Source: a virus
Lineage: Duplodnaviria; Heunggongvirae; Uroviricota; Caudoviricetes
DNA length: 64,000 nt
Strand: one strand, 5' to 3'
Virus record (IMG/VR): IMGVR_UViG_2695420859_000012
Positions within the stretch are counted from its first letter, which is position 1; every line of letters starts with the position of its first letter. A program made the translations under genes and the position numbers. Positions 1-9,513 of the stretch are shown here, piece after piece. The notes beneath the pieces were generated by a model. The model did not search any database, had not been told where the DNA came from, and saw only the letters and a list, made by a program, of their open reading frames with translations.

Positions 1-2573
1 GCGTTATCTCTCTCGAACTCTGCCTGAGTAAGTTCCTGAGCAACGGCTTCCAAATGCTCCTGATAACCACGAATACTGCCTTGCAGTTTCTGGATTTGCT
101 CGGTATTGCCATCCTTTTTGGCTTTTTCAAGCTGATCATTAAGAGTCGCGATTTGCTTCTCGGTCGCATTCTTACGAGAAGAAAGTGAATCAACCAGTTT
201 TTGCGCAGGCTCCAGATAGCTTTTGTTTACCGTTTCACGTAACGGTGCCAATAGCTTGTTCTTTTCGTCATCTGAAAGTGAACCGTCATCATTGATTTTC
301 TGGATCTTATCCAGAGCCTCCTGCCGGGCTTTCACGAATGTTGCCGCGAAAATCTGGTTTTCCGCTCGAATTTTCTCAATCTGAGATTCGGCAGCCTCTT
401 TAGCCAAACGCTTTGCTACAGCGCCGTCACCAAGAGCTATCGTGCCGGTTATCTTTTGATACTCTTCCTGATTTTTTTTCAGGCGTGCTTCGATGTCAGC
501 CTTCGACTCTTTGTGAGTAATAACACCGGCAGAGTTAGATACGTAATTAACACCCTCACCAGTTTTTAATGCTCGTTGATCAGCAAGAATCTGCTTTTCG
601 AGCTTTTCTGCGCGGTCGGCCATTTGTGCACGTTTGGCCGCCGTCATCGCCTCTGGTATTTTCCTAATCTCGTCAACGACCTTTGAAGTTTCGCTGCGGA
701 GCATGGTCATGTACGTGATTAGGCCAGCAACAGCTACAGTGGCAACTGTAAATGCTGCCCCTATAGGGTTTGCTGCAATGAACGCCGTTAATCCAGCAAA
801 AGCGCCTTTAAGCCCCGTAATCGCCCCACGGATGGCGAAAATAAGAGAGGGGATCGGAGCCAGCCCCATACGTGCCGCACGATTGAATCGGGTTACTGCT
901 GTAGCGCCGAGGTTAAATGGAGTCTGTATGGCGGTCGCCATCGTGGCAAAGGTGCTAACCATCTGGCTGCCTGCGCCAACTACCCCCATGATCCCTGCTC
1001 GCATCAGTTTGAACGCAACCATCGCGGCCACGACCTTACCGAGATTAATTACCAGCTCTTGGTTCTTTGCTAACCATTGAGCAAGCTGACGCAACCCATC
1101 AATTGCCGTCGTTAACCCCGAGCCTAAAGAATTGGCAAACGAAATCCCTTCGGCGCTATTCATGATTGAAGCCAGTTCTTTCATCCCCTTCGATAGAGAA
1201 TCCAGATATCCGGCCTGACCAACCCGATCAGCAAATAACGTGAATGACGTCTGAAGTTGCGCCAGCGCACCTGTGTAGGTTTGCATCATGTCTTTCGCTG
1301 CGTTCTCATTCTCCGCACGCAGACCAACAAACATCAGAGACAACGCCTGTTTTGCCTCAACCGTACCGCTGGCAACGGCTTTAGTCAGTTCCCCCATAGT
1401 GATGCCTGCGGCGTCTGCCATTGCCTGCATCGCGTTAGGAACGGCTTCACCTAATTGCTGACGTAGCTCTTCCATTGACACAACGCCCTTACCGGACATC
1501 TGCTGAACGGCCACAGCCGCACGTTTCAACAGCTCACTATCACCACCAAAACGAGCAACGGAGTCCACCAGCGCCTTCAGAGAACCATCGGTTGGATCTA
1601 AGCCAGCAGAACGAAACTTCACGAAGGAATCTGTTAACGCCTGCATCGCGAACGGCGCATTTTGCGCCATGTCTACGATGTACTTCATATCATCAGCGGC
1701 AGCCTGGCCAGGGTTGGACTTCTCCTTATTCAACCCTCGAAGCATCACCCGCATACGTTCCATTTCGGCCGCAGCTTCAACAATAGGCTTCTGCCACCCA
1801 AACATGATGTCAGTAACCGTTCTGGCTGCATCTCCGATCTCGCCAAGCAGGAAAATGTTGCCACGAAGGCCAGAGAACATACCTCCTTCGTTACTTTTAC
1901 CGCTATGGCCAGAAGCGCCGCTACGCCGCCCGCTACCACCATCGCCACTTCCAGATGTACGAACGCGTACCGGCTTGCTAATCAGTTGCTGACGTCCGAT
2001 AACTTCGTCCATCTGCTCACGAACCTTTTTCAGTCCCTCGGCAGCCTGACTCGTTGTGACACCCCAATTACTGAGTCGCTTCGTCGTGGTATTAAGGCGC
2101 GTATTCATGCCACTCACGGACGCAGAGGCTTCTTTGACCTCCGTACCAAAGCGGCTTGCGCTTTTGCTTGCATAGGTCGCCCAATCAGAGAAATCATTTA
2201 GCTCTGATTGCACTTTACGTAATGACGCGGTGAGTTTATCTACTGAAGAAGTTGTCGTATCGACGCGCTCAATCAGGGCTTTAAGACCAGAATTGAGGCT
2301 GGTGATGTTGCCACGCATTTTACGCGTAGCATCTGAAGCAAGCTCAAAACCGGCAGCTACATCCTGTAGTTTATCTGCTGTAGAATCGAGCTTGCTTTCC
2401 AGAACGCCAATGATACGGGCGACCGAACCCAAAGAGCGTTCAAAGGTTTGGATTTTTTGAGCAGGCTTTGTTACCTGCTCACCAAATCGAGTAAGCAGTT
2501 TCCCCGCACGATCGATTGACGCTGTAAACTGTTTGTCTTCCAGCGACAGGATAAACTCTACGTTTTGTGACAT
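1..2573 (-). CDS. Tail tape measure protein (N-terminal part; 3' end lies beyond window start)
   Basis: My own reverse-strand translation from an ATG at 2571-2573 (AAGGGA RBS upstream) stays open to the window edge, beginning MSQNVEFILSLEDKQF and including a Gly/Ser-rich stretch. It sits immediately downstream of the G/G-T chaperone pair. It is absent from the ORF track because there is no in-window stop; the forward ORFs at 634-2201 are antisense to it. Confidence 0.65.
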   Translation of the reverse strand, partial: MSQNVEFILSLEDKQFTASIDRAGKLLTRFGEQVTKPAQKIQTFERSLGSVARIIGVLESKLDSTADKLQDVAAGFELASDATRKMRGNITSLNSGLKALIERVDTTTSSVDKLTASLRKVQSELNDFSDWATYASKSASRFGTEVKEASASVSGMNTRLNTTTKRLSNWGVTTSQAAEGLKKVREQMDEVIGRQQLISKPVRVRTSGSGDGGSGRRSGASGHSGKSNEGGMFSGLRGNIFLLGEIGDAARTVTDIMFGWQKPIVEAAAEMERMRVMLRGLNKEKSNPGQAAADDMKYIVDMAQNAPFAMQALTDSFVKFRSAGLDPTDGSLKALVDSVARFGGDSELLKRAAVAVQQMSGKGVVSMEELRQQLGEAVPNAMQAMADAAGITMGELTKAVASGTVEAKQALSLMFVGLRAENENAAKDMMQTYTGALAQLQTSFTLFADRVGQAGYLDSLSKGMKELASIMNSAEGISFANSLGSGLTTAIDGLRQLAQWLAKNQELVINLGKVVAAMVAFKLMRAGIMGVVGAGSQMVSTFATMATAIQTPFNLGATAVTRFNRAARMGLAPIPSLIFAIRGAITGLKGAFAGLTAFIAANPIGAAFTVATVAVAGLITYMTMLRSETSKVVDEIRKIPEAMTAAKRAQMADRAEKLEKQILADQRALKTGEGVNYVSNSAGVITHKESKADIEARLKKNQEEYQKITGTIALGDGAVAKRLAKEAAESQIEKIRAENQIFAATFVKARQEALDKIQKINDDGSLSDDEKNKLLAPLRETVNKSYLEPAQKLVDSLSSRKNATEKQIATLNDQLEKAKKDGNTEQIQKLQGSIRGYQEHLEAVAQELTQAEFERDN

Positions 2574-2580
2574 TCCCTTG

Positions 2581-2967
2581 TCATCCTCTGCCAAATATTT
2601 GCATCAGTTGCTCTTTGGCGTCAGGGTCTGCCTTATCCTGGCTTGGATCGTAGACTTTATCTGTTACGACTGGTCTTCCAATCCTGAGTTGCAAACCCTC
2701 CATGAACGCCTTCACAGCCTCGCCATCCGCCTGGGACGCACGAGCGACTTGTAAGTTGCGGACATCCTCTTCCGCACGCAGACGGTCTATATTGCGACTG
2801 AGCATCCAGAACATCGTGAGAGGAACGTTCAGTAGCTCTAATGGCGACACGGCGTAGTGAGCAACTACACGACTGAAATAGAATCCGAGATCTATTGAGA
2901 CGGTCCTTGTCCCGGATTCATCGCGGGAAATTACTTTGCCCCTTCGCCAGCCGCTTTTTCGTTTTCT
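2581..2967 (-). CDS. Tail assembly chaperone -1 frameshift extension (gpT-like, expressed as G-T fusion)
   Basis: The reading frame of the 2581-2850 ORF stays open upstream to about 2967 and overlaps the 3' end of the G ORF in the -1 frame. A GAAAAAG run (two overlapping AAA Lys codons) lies in the overlap at about 2953-2961. Confidence 0.4.
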   Translation of the reverse strand, partial: RKRKSGWRRGKVISRDESGTRTVSIDLGFYFSRVVAHYAVSPLELLNVPLTMFWMLSRNIDRLRAEEDVRNLQVARASQADGEAVKAFMEGLQLRIGRPVVTDKVYDPSQDKADPDAKEQLMQIFGRG

Positions 2968-3248
2968 TCATCAATCACTTCCATAGCGAAGGTGAAGATC
3001 TGCTGGAGTTGCGGAACAGTCAGTTTTTCAAGAACTTCATCAGGCACTGAAGGGATAACCTTACGAACCAGATCTGCATAAGCTGTCACTTGCTCAACAG
3101 GAGACATGTTCATGAGATCTTTGCCTTCCATCTGCTTGATGGAAACGAACAAACCTACCGTCATTTCAACGATGGGATATTCCTGACCGCCAAATTTGAT
3201 GCTTTTCTTCGGAGGCAGAATGGAATCGAGATCGAGTAATTTGGTCAT
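2931..3248 (-). CDS. Tail assembly chaperone (gpG-like)
   Basis: 105-aa ORF between the major tail protein and tape measure genes, the conserved position for gpG. The downstream ORF is in the -1 frame. Confidence 0.55.
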   Translation of the reverse strand: MTKLLDLDSILPPKKSIKFGGQEYPIVEMTVGLFVSIKQMEGKDLMNMSPVEQVTAYADLVRKVIPSVPDEVLEKLTVPQLQQIFTFAMEVIDEENEKAAGEGAK

Positions 3249-3303
3249 TGGTTTAAATCCTTTTAAAAGAGAGGCTCATCCTGAGCCTCTGCTTAGTTAC
3301 TGA

Positions 3304-4050
3304 TTAATCTGCGGAGTTAATCGTTACTGACTTAGTAGCCTTCTTAGAACCGCTATTGCTGGTGAAGGAGATGTTTGCAGTACCCTGCGCCACACCGCGC
3401 ACAAGACCCGTTTGATCTACCGTGGCCTTTTCCTGGTCTTCGGATTCCCAAACACCGGTTTTGTCTGCGGCATCAGCTGGAGTGATTTCGGCTGTCAGTT
3501 GCACAGTTTCTCCAGCTTTTACGGTTGGAGATTCCGGTTTGATCGACACGGTTTTTACCGGTTTAGGGCCGCTCATTCTTCCCAGAACGCCTTCGTCATC
3601 AGGGTACGCACTGAACTGAACAGAGAACACACGAACATCATCAGACTGGTAAGTCATGGTGAAGTTACCTGCGGTCGCAGCTTTCGGGATGGTCAGAACG
3701 TAGTCGGTAGTGTCCTGCGGAGTCAGAACCAGCTCTTTGGCTACGTCGATCAGGTTGACACCCTGTGCGGAAGTGATGGTCACAGCGTTGTCGTCTTCGT
3801 TCAGAGTAGACCCCGGCATCAGATCGACCATATTTTTCAACACAGACTCGGCCAGCGGCGCAGTAATGGTAATGTTACGACCCTGCACCAGCTCGGACAT
3901 AATTGTCTGCCCGTGCTGGTCGACAGTGACTTTCAGCGTTTCAGTGGCTACTTCAACCTGAACACCACCTTTGGTGTAACCCAAATCCACACCACCAAAC
4001 GACACCTTACAGGCACCAAGTTTGATGTTTTTTACATGGGTATTAGACAT
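3304..4050 (-). CDS. Major tail protein with C-terminal Ig-like (Big_2) domain
   Basis: C-terminal segment (VKTVSIKPESPTVKAGETVQLTAEITPADAADKTGVWESEDQEKATVDQTGLV) matches the Big_2 pattern seen in lambda gpV-type tail tube proteins. Start moved to the internal Met (MSNTHVKNIK), which has an AAGGAG RBS; the track start is 4086. Confidence 0.7.
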   Translation of the reverse strand: MSNTHVKNIKLGACKVSFGGVDLGYTKGGVQVEVATETLKVTVDQHGQTIMSELVQGRNITITAPLAESVLKNMVDLMPGSTLNEDDNAVTITSAQGVNLIDVAKELVLTPQDTTDYVLTIPKAATAGNFTMTYQSDDVRVFSVQFSAYPDDEGVLGRMSGPKPVKTVSIKPESPTVKAGETVQLTAEITPADAADKTGVWESEDQEKATVDQTGLVRGVAQGTANISFTSNSGSKKATKSVTINSAD

Positions 4051-4124
4051 TGATGGAAAACTCCTTTTTCCGTTAATTCTACGCATTCATTGCGCTAATA
4101 GTAAGTATATACTTACCGATTAAC

Positions 4125-4508
4125 TTAATTCAATAAATAGCCAGCAAATTCAACAGGAATGCCTGCTTCTATTAATGCTCCATCATTTTTGGGATAAATG
4201 ATTGGCATCGCAATCGGTCGTACCAGTCGAAAATAAACACCACCAGATTCCGTTTCCTCTACTGGAAACATCTCAATGATTTTATTGGCTTTCTCAACCG
4301 TCGTAGTAATTGACGAACCACGCACAATGATTGTGAATGATTCGTGATAAAAGCCCTGTAGCTCATGATCGATGCTGATACCGGTATTTGGGTTAATAAG
4401 CAGGACGCCAGATTTCACATTGGCAGGCAAGTAGTGACAGAAAATGTCAGTCCCGACCGTGCCAATCTTTGCCTTCTGCATCAAACTTGCAAACGCTTCA
4501 ATAAACAC
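4125..4508 (-). CDS. Phage structural protein (tail completion / neck, hypothetical)
   Basis: ORF in the head-tail joining block. Start placed at an internal GTG with a GAGG RBS just after the stop of the upstream gene; the track ORF extends to 4631 and overlaps the neighbour. Confidence 0.45.
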   Translation of the reverse strand: MFIEAFASLMQKAKIGTVGTDIFCHYLPANVKSGVLLINPNTGISIDHELQGFYHESFTIIVRGSSITTTVEKANKIIEMFPVEETESGGVYFRLVRPIAMPIIYPKNDGALIEAGIPVEFAGYLLN

Positions 4509-4509
4509 A

Positions 4510-4983
4510 TTAACCTCTCGTAAATCCGGCTTTTCTGGCAGCCTCAAGAATCGCTTCTGAGAACTGCTTCTCGCTAATTTCCACCGCTCTTTCCAGAAAG
4601 TGTGGCCCAACACGGGGTTTAACACCGGCAATTGGTGGGTTTGTCACGTTCTTCATTCGAGAAAGATAACCGAGTCGGTATTTACCCAGCTCCATGTACT
4701 TAGCATAGTCACCTACTTCTACGCCCGGATGCCCCTGACGTGGTTTTGCTCCAGACACAGAAAGCTCAATACGCAGCCCTGAATAACCTTCTTTAATCAC
4801 CCTGGCAAAGATGGCTGTCTCCAGAGATCCGGTTTCCAGCGGGGCCATTGCACGGCTGAGGCGCTCAACCAAACGCGCCAGCTTTTCCATGTCCCGAATA
4901 AGATATCGCTTAAATGCTTTCTGGCTGTTGTTGAGTCTATTCCCCGCACGTTTGAACTGATGCGCATCGTATTTCAGACCCAT
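4510..4983 (-). CDS. Phage head-tail joining protein (hypothetical)
   Basis: 157-aa ORF in the conserved position between head and tail genes; no specific motif recognised. Confidence 0.45.
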   Translation of the reverse strand: MGLKYDAHQFKRAGNRLNNSQKAFKRYLIRDMEKLARLVERLSRAMAPLETGSLETAIFARVIKEGYSGLRIELSVSGAKPRQGHPGVEVGDYAKYMELGKYRLGYLSRMKNVTNPPIAGVKPRVGPHFLERAVEISEKQFSEAILEAARKAGFTRG

Positions 4984-5318
4984 ATATTCGCCCCTACTTC
5001 AAGATGCCCAGGTCTTCCTCGTAGCCCCCAGCGGCGATGAACACTGGACACCTTTAATTTTTGACCTTCAAGGATCAGTACATCATCAAGTTGTACAGCC
5101 GCTTCTAAAGGGACAACTAACACAGCATCAAACAGCTCCAGACTCGCCTTACCACGACTACCAGAGCTATCAGCACGAACTGACGATTTCTCATTACTCT
5201 GTTCGAACTTAACCACGCCGACATTCGTCTTCCTGACGAATTGTAATTGCGCCTCACCGTAAACGTTCTTTGCGCCAAAGCGGTAGATCGCAATTTCTGT
5301 TTGCCATGAAATATTCAT
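4974..5318 (-). CDS. Phage head-tail adaptor / head closure protein (hypothetical)
   Basis: ORF in the structural operon. Start placed at the internal Met (MNISWQ) preceded by GGGAG; the track start is 5414. Confidence 0.4.
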   Translation of the reverse strand: MNISWQTEIAIYRFGAKNVYGEAQLQFVRKTNVGVVKFEQSNEKSSVRADSSGSRGKASLELFDAVLVVPLEAAVQLDDVLILEGQKLKVSSVHRRWGLRGRPGHLEVGANIWV

Positions 5319-5397
5319 GCTCTCTCCCTGTTGTTGTCGGTCGCTCTCATTACTGGCCAAAAAACCTTTCGACCAAAAGTAAATAATGCGACTGGCG

Positions 5398-6231
5398 TTA
5401 CGCACGGCGAACAATCATACGGTTGTTGATGTAACTGACCAGCAAGCGCCAGGTACTACGAGCCACATGCACGTTTGCAGCTTTACCGGTACGGTACATG
5501 TTGGTTGTTTCACCGATGGACTCTGACAAAATGCCATCCTCTCGTGCTGCGGCTACATCATTGCCATTTGCGATCTCACACGCTTCGTTGACAACGGCAA
5601 GCATCAACGCTTCTTTGAAGTAGTCAGGGAACTCTTCAAACTTCTCCTGCGTCATCTTTTCCCAATCGACTAAATCATGCCGGTACGCTCCATCTGCTTC
5701 CCACGGAATGTCATACACATTCAGCATATTTTGAGGGCGATCGTATCGGTCAAAGTCGATACGTAGAATTTTGCGGATTGAGAACGGTAAAGTTTTAATT
5801 CGTCTGGTAGCCTCAATGAGACGCTTGCGCATTAAGCCTTCACCATCCGACAGCAAAGTGTCCCCATTCAGCATATCGATCGCCTGCATTTGAGCATCAG
5901 CGACAGTTGCAAACGACTGTTCTGGTATCGACAGTTCAAAACTATTCAGCAGAACATACATTTGCCGCTCTTCATGCGTCAGACCCGATGCAACAGCCTT
6001 CACAATGACGTACCGCAGATCTCGCTCTTTCTCAGAGAGCTGGTTATATTCAGCCGACACGACAACCGGAATCGACATTTGACCGCTGGTAATTTCTAGC
6101 GGCTCGCCATCAACGAGAATAGCCCCGGTGCTGTCCTTTACTGTGTAGGTGGCAGATTCGATATCCAGCACGTTGAAGGCAAATGAAAGAGAAACAGCTT
6201 CACCGCTACGATACGAGTCGATCTGCGCCAT
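5398..6231 (-). CDS. Phage structural protein (hypothetical, 277 aa)
   Basis: Long ORF within the co-directional structural operon, translationally coupled to the downstream gene. Confidence 0.5.
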   Translation of the reverse strand: MAQIDSYRSGEAVSLSFAFNVLDIESATYTVKDSTGAILVDGEPLEITSGQMSIPVVVSAEYNQLSEKERDLRYVIVKAVASGLTHEERQMYVLLNSFELSIPEQSFATVADAQMQAIDMLNGDTLLSDGEGLMRKRLIEATRRIKTLPFSIRKILRIDFDRYDRPQNMLNVYDIPWEADGAYRHDLVDWEKMTQEKFEEFPDYFKEALMLAVVNEACEIANGNDVAAAREDGILSESIGETTNMYRTGKAANVHVARSTWRLLVSYINNRMIVRRA

Positions 6232-6665
6232 TACTCACCGCCTTGTGCTTTCAGGATGCCGTCAATCATTTCGACAATTCCTTTCGCTTTGACACCAACC
6301 TGATTACCAATAACTCGTAGACCGGCAATACCTTCGTTGTCTGCAATTGACTCCAGCTCTTCTCGTGTGAAAGTCTGGATCTGTTTGGCCGGTTCATCTG
6401 GTGTCCCACGTTTCATTGGCACAATGTCAGGCGCTGCTGGCTCGGTAATCAGGTCTGCTGTCAATTCACCACGATCACTGTATGCGGCAGACGGAGAAAC
6501 ATTTTTGCCCTCTACTGTTGACGCTCGCATTGAAGCACAAATCCTCTGCTGATCGATAAAAGGCAACTCCGCTACGGATACCCCGTTCTCGAACTGAACG
6601 CCACACAGCATTCCCGAATAACCGGAAAATTGCGGTTCTAATAAAACAATTTTTGCTGGTTTCAT
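6231..6665 (-). CDS. Phage structural protein (hypothetical, 144 aa)
   Basis: ORF with a start/stop overlap to the next gene at 6231. Confidence 0.45.
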   Translation of the reverse strand: MKPAKIVLLEPQFSGYSGMLCGVQFENGVSVAELPFIDQQRICASMRASTVEGKNVSPSAAYSDRGELTADLITEPAAPDIVPMKRGTPDEPAKQIQTFTREELESIADNEGIAGLRVIGNQVGVKAKGIVEMIDGILKAQGGE

Positions 6666-6709
6666 AACGCTTTCTCTCCACTTGGGCGGCGAAAGCCGCC
6701 CAATATCGG

Positions 6710-7630
6710 TTATTCCTGTGCGGCAGTAACTTCTACAGTTGCTGTCGCTTTGTGGCTACCATCTTGGGTAGTAACCTCGATTGTGGCAGTACCAGCCGCA
6801 ACACCAGTTACAACACCGGTTTCGCTGTCAACCGTTGCAAACTCGGTATTTTTGGATTCCCAAGTAACGGTTTTATTTGTGGCTCCTGCCGGCTCGACAT
6901 TTGCTGTCAGCTGAACAGTTTTGTTTGCCTCAACGGTTGTGCTATTTGGGTCGATTTCGACGCCGGTAACAGCCACAACAGGCGCAGTTACTTCCACCGT
7001 TGCAGTTGCCTTTTTGCTGCCATCTTGGGAAACGATCTCAATCGTCGCAGTGCCAACTTCTACACCAGTAACGTTCCCGCTCTGGTCTACCGTTGCCTTA
7101 TCTTCATTTTTGGAAGACCAGGTAACAGCCTTATTCGTCGCATTTGACGGCTGAACATTCGCTTTCAGACTGACTGATTTCCCTTTCTCAACAGACGTTG
7201 ATTCTGGCGTTACCGTTACGGATTGAACGGCTACCGGATTTACGGTGACTTCCACTGAAGCGGAAAGCTGGGTTTCCTGATCAGTTGCAGTAATTTTTAC
7301 TTTGCCTGGTGCTACGCCAGTTACTAATCCAGTGCCGTTAACGGTTGCAATTTGGTCATTGGCTGACTTCCAGGTGAATGAACTGGCACTCTTACCCATA
7401 CTAATACCTGCACTAAGTTGAACAGTTTTCCCAACCAAAACTGACGGTGAAGCCGGGGTTATGTTTACGGATTGGGAGAGGGGAACCGCCTGCAAACAAG
7501 CAGATAGCTGACTTTGTTGCCGCTCGGTTAAAGGTTCATCGGAGATAGAATTGGTAAATCCGGCACGGCACATATGCCCCGTAAAATCCGAAAATGCCTC
7601 TTCCGTAATCTTCATCTTTTGTTCTGGCAT
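6710..7630 (-). CDS. Ig-like (Big_2 x3) domain protein, probable capsid decoration / surface protein
   Basis: Three tandem repeats of the Big_2-type pattern (KTVQLTANVEPAGATNKTVTWESKN...ATVD...GVVTGVAAGTATI). Located directly after the major capsid gene and its terminator. Confidence 0.6.
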   Translation of the reverse strand: MPEQKMKITEEAFSDFTGHMCRAGFTNSISDEPLTERQQSQLSACLQAVPLSQSVNITPASPSVLVGKTVQLSAGISMGKSASSFTWKSANDQIATVNGTGLVTGVAPGKVKITATDQETQLSASVEVTVNPVAVQSVTVTPESTSVEKGKSVSLKANVQPSNATNKAVTWSSKNEDKATVDQSGNVTGVEVGTATIEIVSQDGSKKATATVEVTAPVVAVTGVEIDPNSTTVEANKTVQLTANVEPAGATNKTVTWESKNTEFATVDSETGVVTGVAAGTATIEVTTQDGSHKATATVEVTAAQE

Positions 7631-7642
7631 TTCTCGCTCCTA

Positions 7643-7672
7643 CAAAAAGGGTGGGCGTATAGCCCACCCTTT
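7643..7672 (-). terminator. Rho-independent terminator downstream of major capsid gene
   Basis: Reverse-strand hairpin AAAGGGTGGGC-TATA-GCCCACCCTTT followed by TTTTTG, between the capsid stop (7704) and the next start (7630). Confidence 0.6.
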
Positions 7673-7703
7673 AACATAGATAACTACTTATCTACTACAC
7701 TGA

Positions 7704-8579
7704 TTAAATTTTTACATTGGTCAGTGCAGCGATAGCCTTATCGTGCTTATTCGCCAGAGAGCAGTACCACTTCACACGGGTACGTACTGCGTCTTTGTTC
7801 TGTACAGTACCAATGTTTTCAACAACGATACCTGCGTTATCGCCGCCATACAGACCAGTAACGCCGTTCTCTTCTGACAGATGCAAGCAGTAGATGCTTG
7901 CTTTGCCAGAATCAGTCGGGATGAAGTCGTTGATGATGAACGGAACGCCGTTATGACACAGCATCGGACGACCGAAGTTCTCCATCATGATTTCAGACGG
8001 ACCTACGTTTACTGTACGCAGCAGCGCACGGTAAGCACGAAGGTGCTCTGAACGCATCATGATGCAGTCAGCACCAAGATCTTTCACCGCATCGACCAGT
8101 TCGTCGAACATAGAGAAAGTCATAGATGCACCGGCGATATCGATCTTCTGATCTGCGTGCATCAGGCGTGGAATGCCGTCAAACGCTTTGTTGTTGGTGC
8201 TGGAGTCACCCAAAATCAGATTGCGACGGAACGCACGAGCCAGACCTTTAACTTTCTGACGAACCTGAATAGCCAACTGGTTATTGGTGTCGGCCATAGT
8301 GGTTGCCAGGAATTTATCAACGTCTACGTCACCAGCCAGAATACGCAGTTTCGCAACGCATTCTTCGAAGGTTGCTGCACCTTCCGGGATGGTGTCGTTA
8401 ACGTCGATGAAGGTAGCCTCACTCAGCGTTTTTTCACGGTTGTACAGATATGCCTTTGAAGTAATTTTCATAAAAGGCAGGATGGCAAACAGGTCATCGC
8501 GATCGATGATGGTTTCAATCACGCCCTGTTCAAGTTCGTTGTTAGACAGCTTTTCAGCTTCTTCACGCAGTAATGGCAT
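7704..8579 (-). CDS. Major capsid protein (putative)
   Basis: 291-aa ORF immediately downstream of the scaffold-like gene and followed by a strong terminator, the typical capsid arrangement. Assigned by position only. Confidence 0.55.
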   Translation of the reverse strand: MPLLREEAEKLSNNELEQGVIETIIDRDDLFAILPFMKITSKAYLYNREKTLSEATFIDVNDTIPEGAATFEECVAKLRILAGDVDVDKFLATTMADTNNQLAIQVRQKVKGLARAFRRNLILGDSSTNNKAFDGIPRLMHADQKIDIAGASMTFSMFDELVDAVKDLGADCIMMRSEHLRAYRALLRTVNVGPSEIMMENFGRPMLCHNGVPFIINDFIPTDSGKASIYCLHLSEENGVTGLYGGDNAGIVVENIGTVQNKDAVRTRVKWYCSLANKHDKAIAALTNVKI

Positions 8580-8604
8580 CTATCAATTCCCTTTGATTTA
8601 GATG

Positions 8605-9492
8605 TTACTTAAGTCCAATTTTCCCCAGACCGGAGGCCAACTTATCCATAGTCGACTTGTTCTTCGGTTGGGATATTGTGTAGGTCGATTTGGAATGTGA
8701 GCCTACACCCTGCTTGGCTTCGCTACGCATCAATGCGTCAGCTTCCGGATCTGCCCGCACAATGCGTTCAATCGCGGATTCAAACGGCAACGGCTTACCT
8801 TCACCGTCAACCAGAACAGCTCGTTCTTTATGACCTGCCGGTTTGTCATAACCCACTACGCTACCGTCTTCACCCACTTCAAAATGAGAACCGTAGATCA
8901 CGCGGGCTTTTGCCGGAGTCATCAGAACTTTGTCACGTAGGAAGAGAGAGTTACTGAAGGAAGCGCCCACGGTCATCTCGACTAATTGAGATTTCAGTGA
9001 TGCGTTTTCACTTTCCAGTGCTGCATAACGTTCGTCACGCTGTGCCAGCTCTGCCTGGTGTGCTTCGATCATCTGTTTTTTAACAGCATCGAACTCACCA
9101 CGACGCTCCAGTTCAGCTTGCTCCGCCTCACGACGTGCGTTTTCTGCGGCCTGTTCAGCTTCTAAAAGCTGGCGAGCACGCGCCGGGTCGATTTCACCGT
9201 ACTGAGCAAGCTGATCGGCCAATGTGCGCTCTTTCTCTTTGCGCTTCATGTTCTCTTTCAGCAGTTCAGCACCAGCTTTCTTGGTTTTGCGAAGTTCGGC
9301 CAGTAACTCTTCATGAGTCATGCCAGCGTATTCGTCATCACCCTTCGGCTGCTCTTTTTGTTCACCCTGCTTGTCAGGATCTTGTGTACTCTGCTCATTA
9401 TCAGCAGCTACACCGCCAGCGCCCCCACGCTCATGCGCTTCAGCAACATCCATCAGACCACGACGGGCCAAAAGCATTTGCCACAGTTTCAT
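8605..9492 (-). CDS. Scaffolding protein (putative)
   Basis: Charged, Ala/Glu/Gln-rich protein with predicted coiled-coil character (AEQAAENARREAEQAELERRGEFDAVKKQMIEAHQAELAQRDERYAALESENASLKSQL), located between portal and capsid genes. Confidence 0.55.
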   Translation of the reverse strand: MKLWQMLLARRGLMDVAEAHERGGAGGVAADNEQSTQDPDKQGEQKEQPKGDDEYAGMTHEELLAELRKTKKAGAELLKENMKRKEKERTLADQLAQYGEIDPARARQLLEAEQAAENARREAEQAELERRGEFDAVKKQMIEAHQAELAQRDERYAALESENASLKSQLVEMTVGASFSNSLFLRDKVLMTPAKARVIYGSHFEVGEDGSVVGYDKPAGHKERAVLVDGEGKPLPFESAIERIVRADPEADALMRSEAKQGVGSHSKSTYTISQPKNKSTMDKLASGLGKIGLK

Positions 9493-9513
9493 AAAAATTC
9501 CCTTTGTTACTTA

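Noticed and set aside
634-2201. Forward-strand ORFs (634-1080, 1257-1454, 1475-1786, 1662-2201, 1669-1992) and reverse ORF 1745-1948
   Set aside because: They lie antisense to, or out of frame within, the long reverse-strand tape measure reading frame that runs from 2573 to the window edge. Their translations are low-complexity and Arg/Ser/Pro-rich, as expected for spurious frames.
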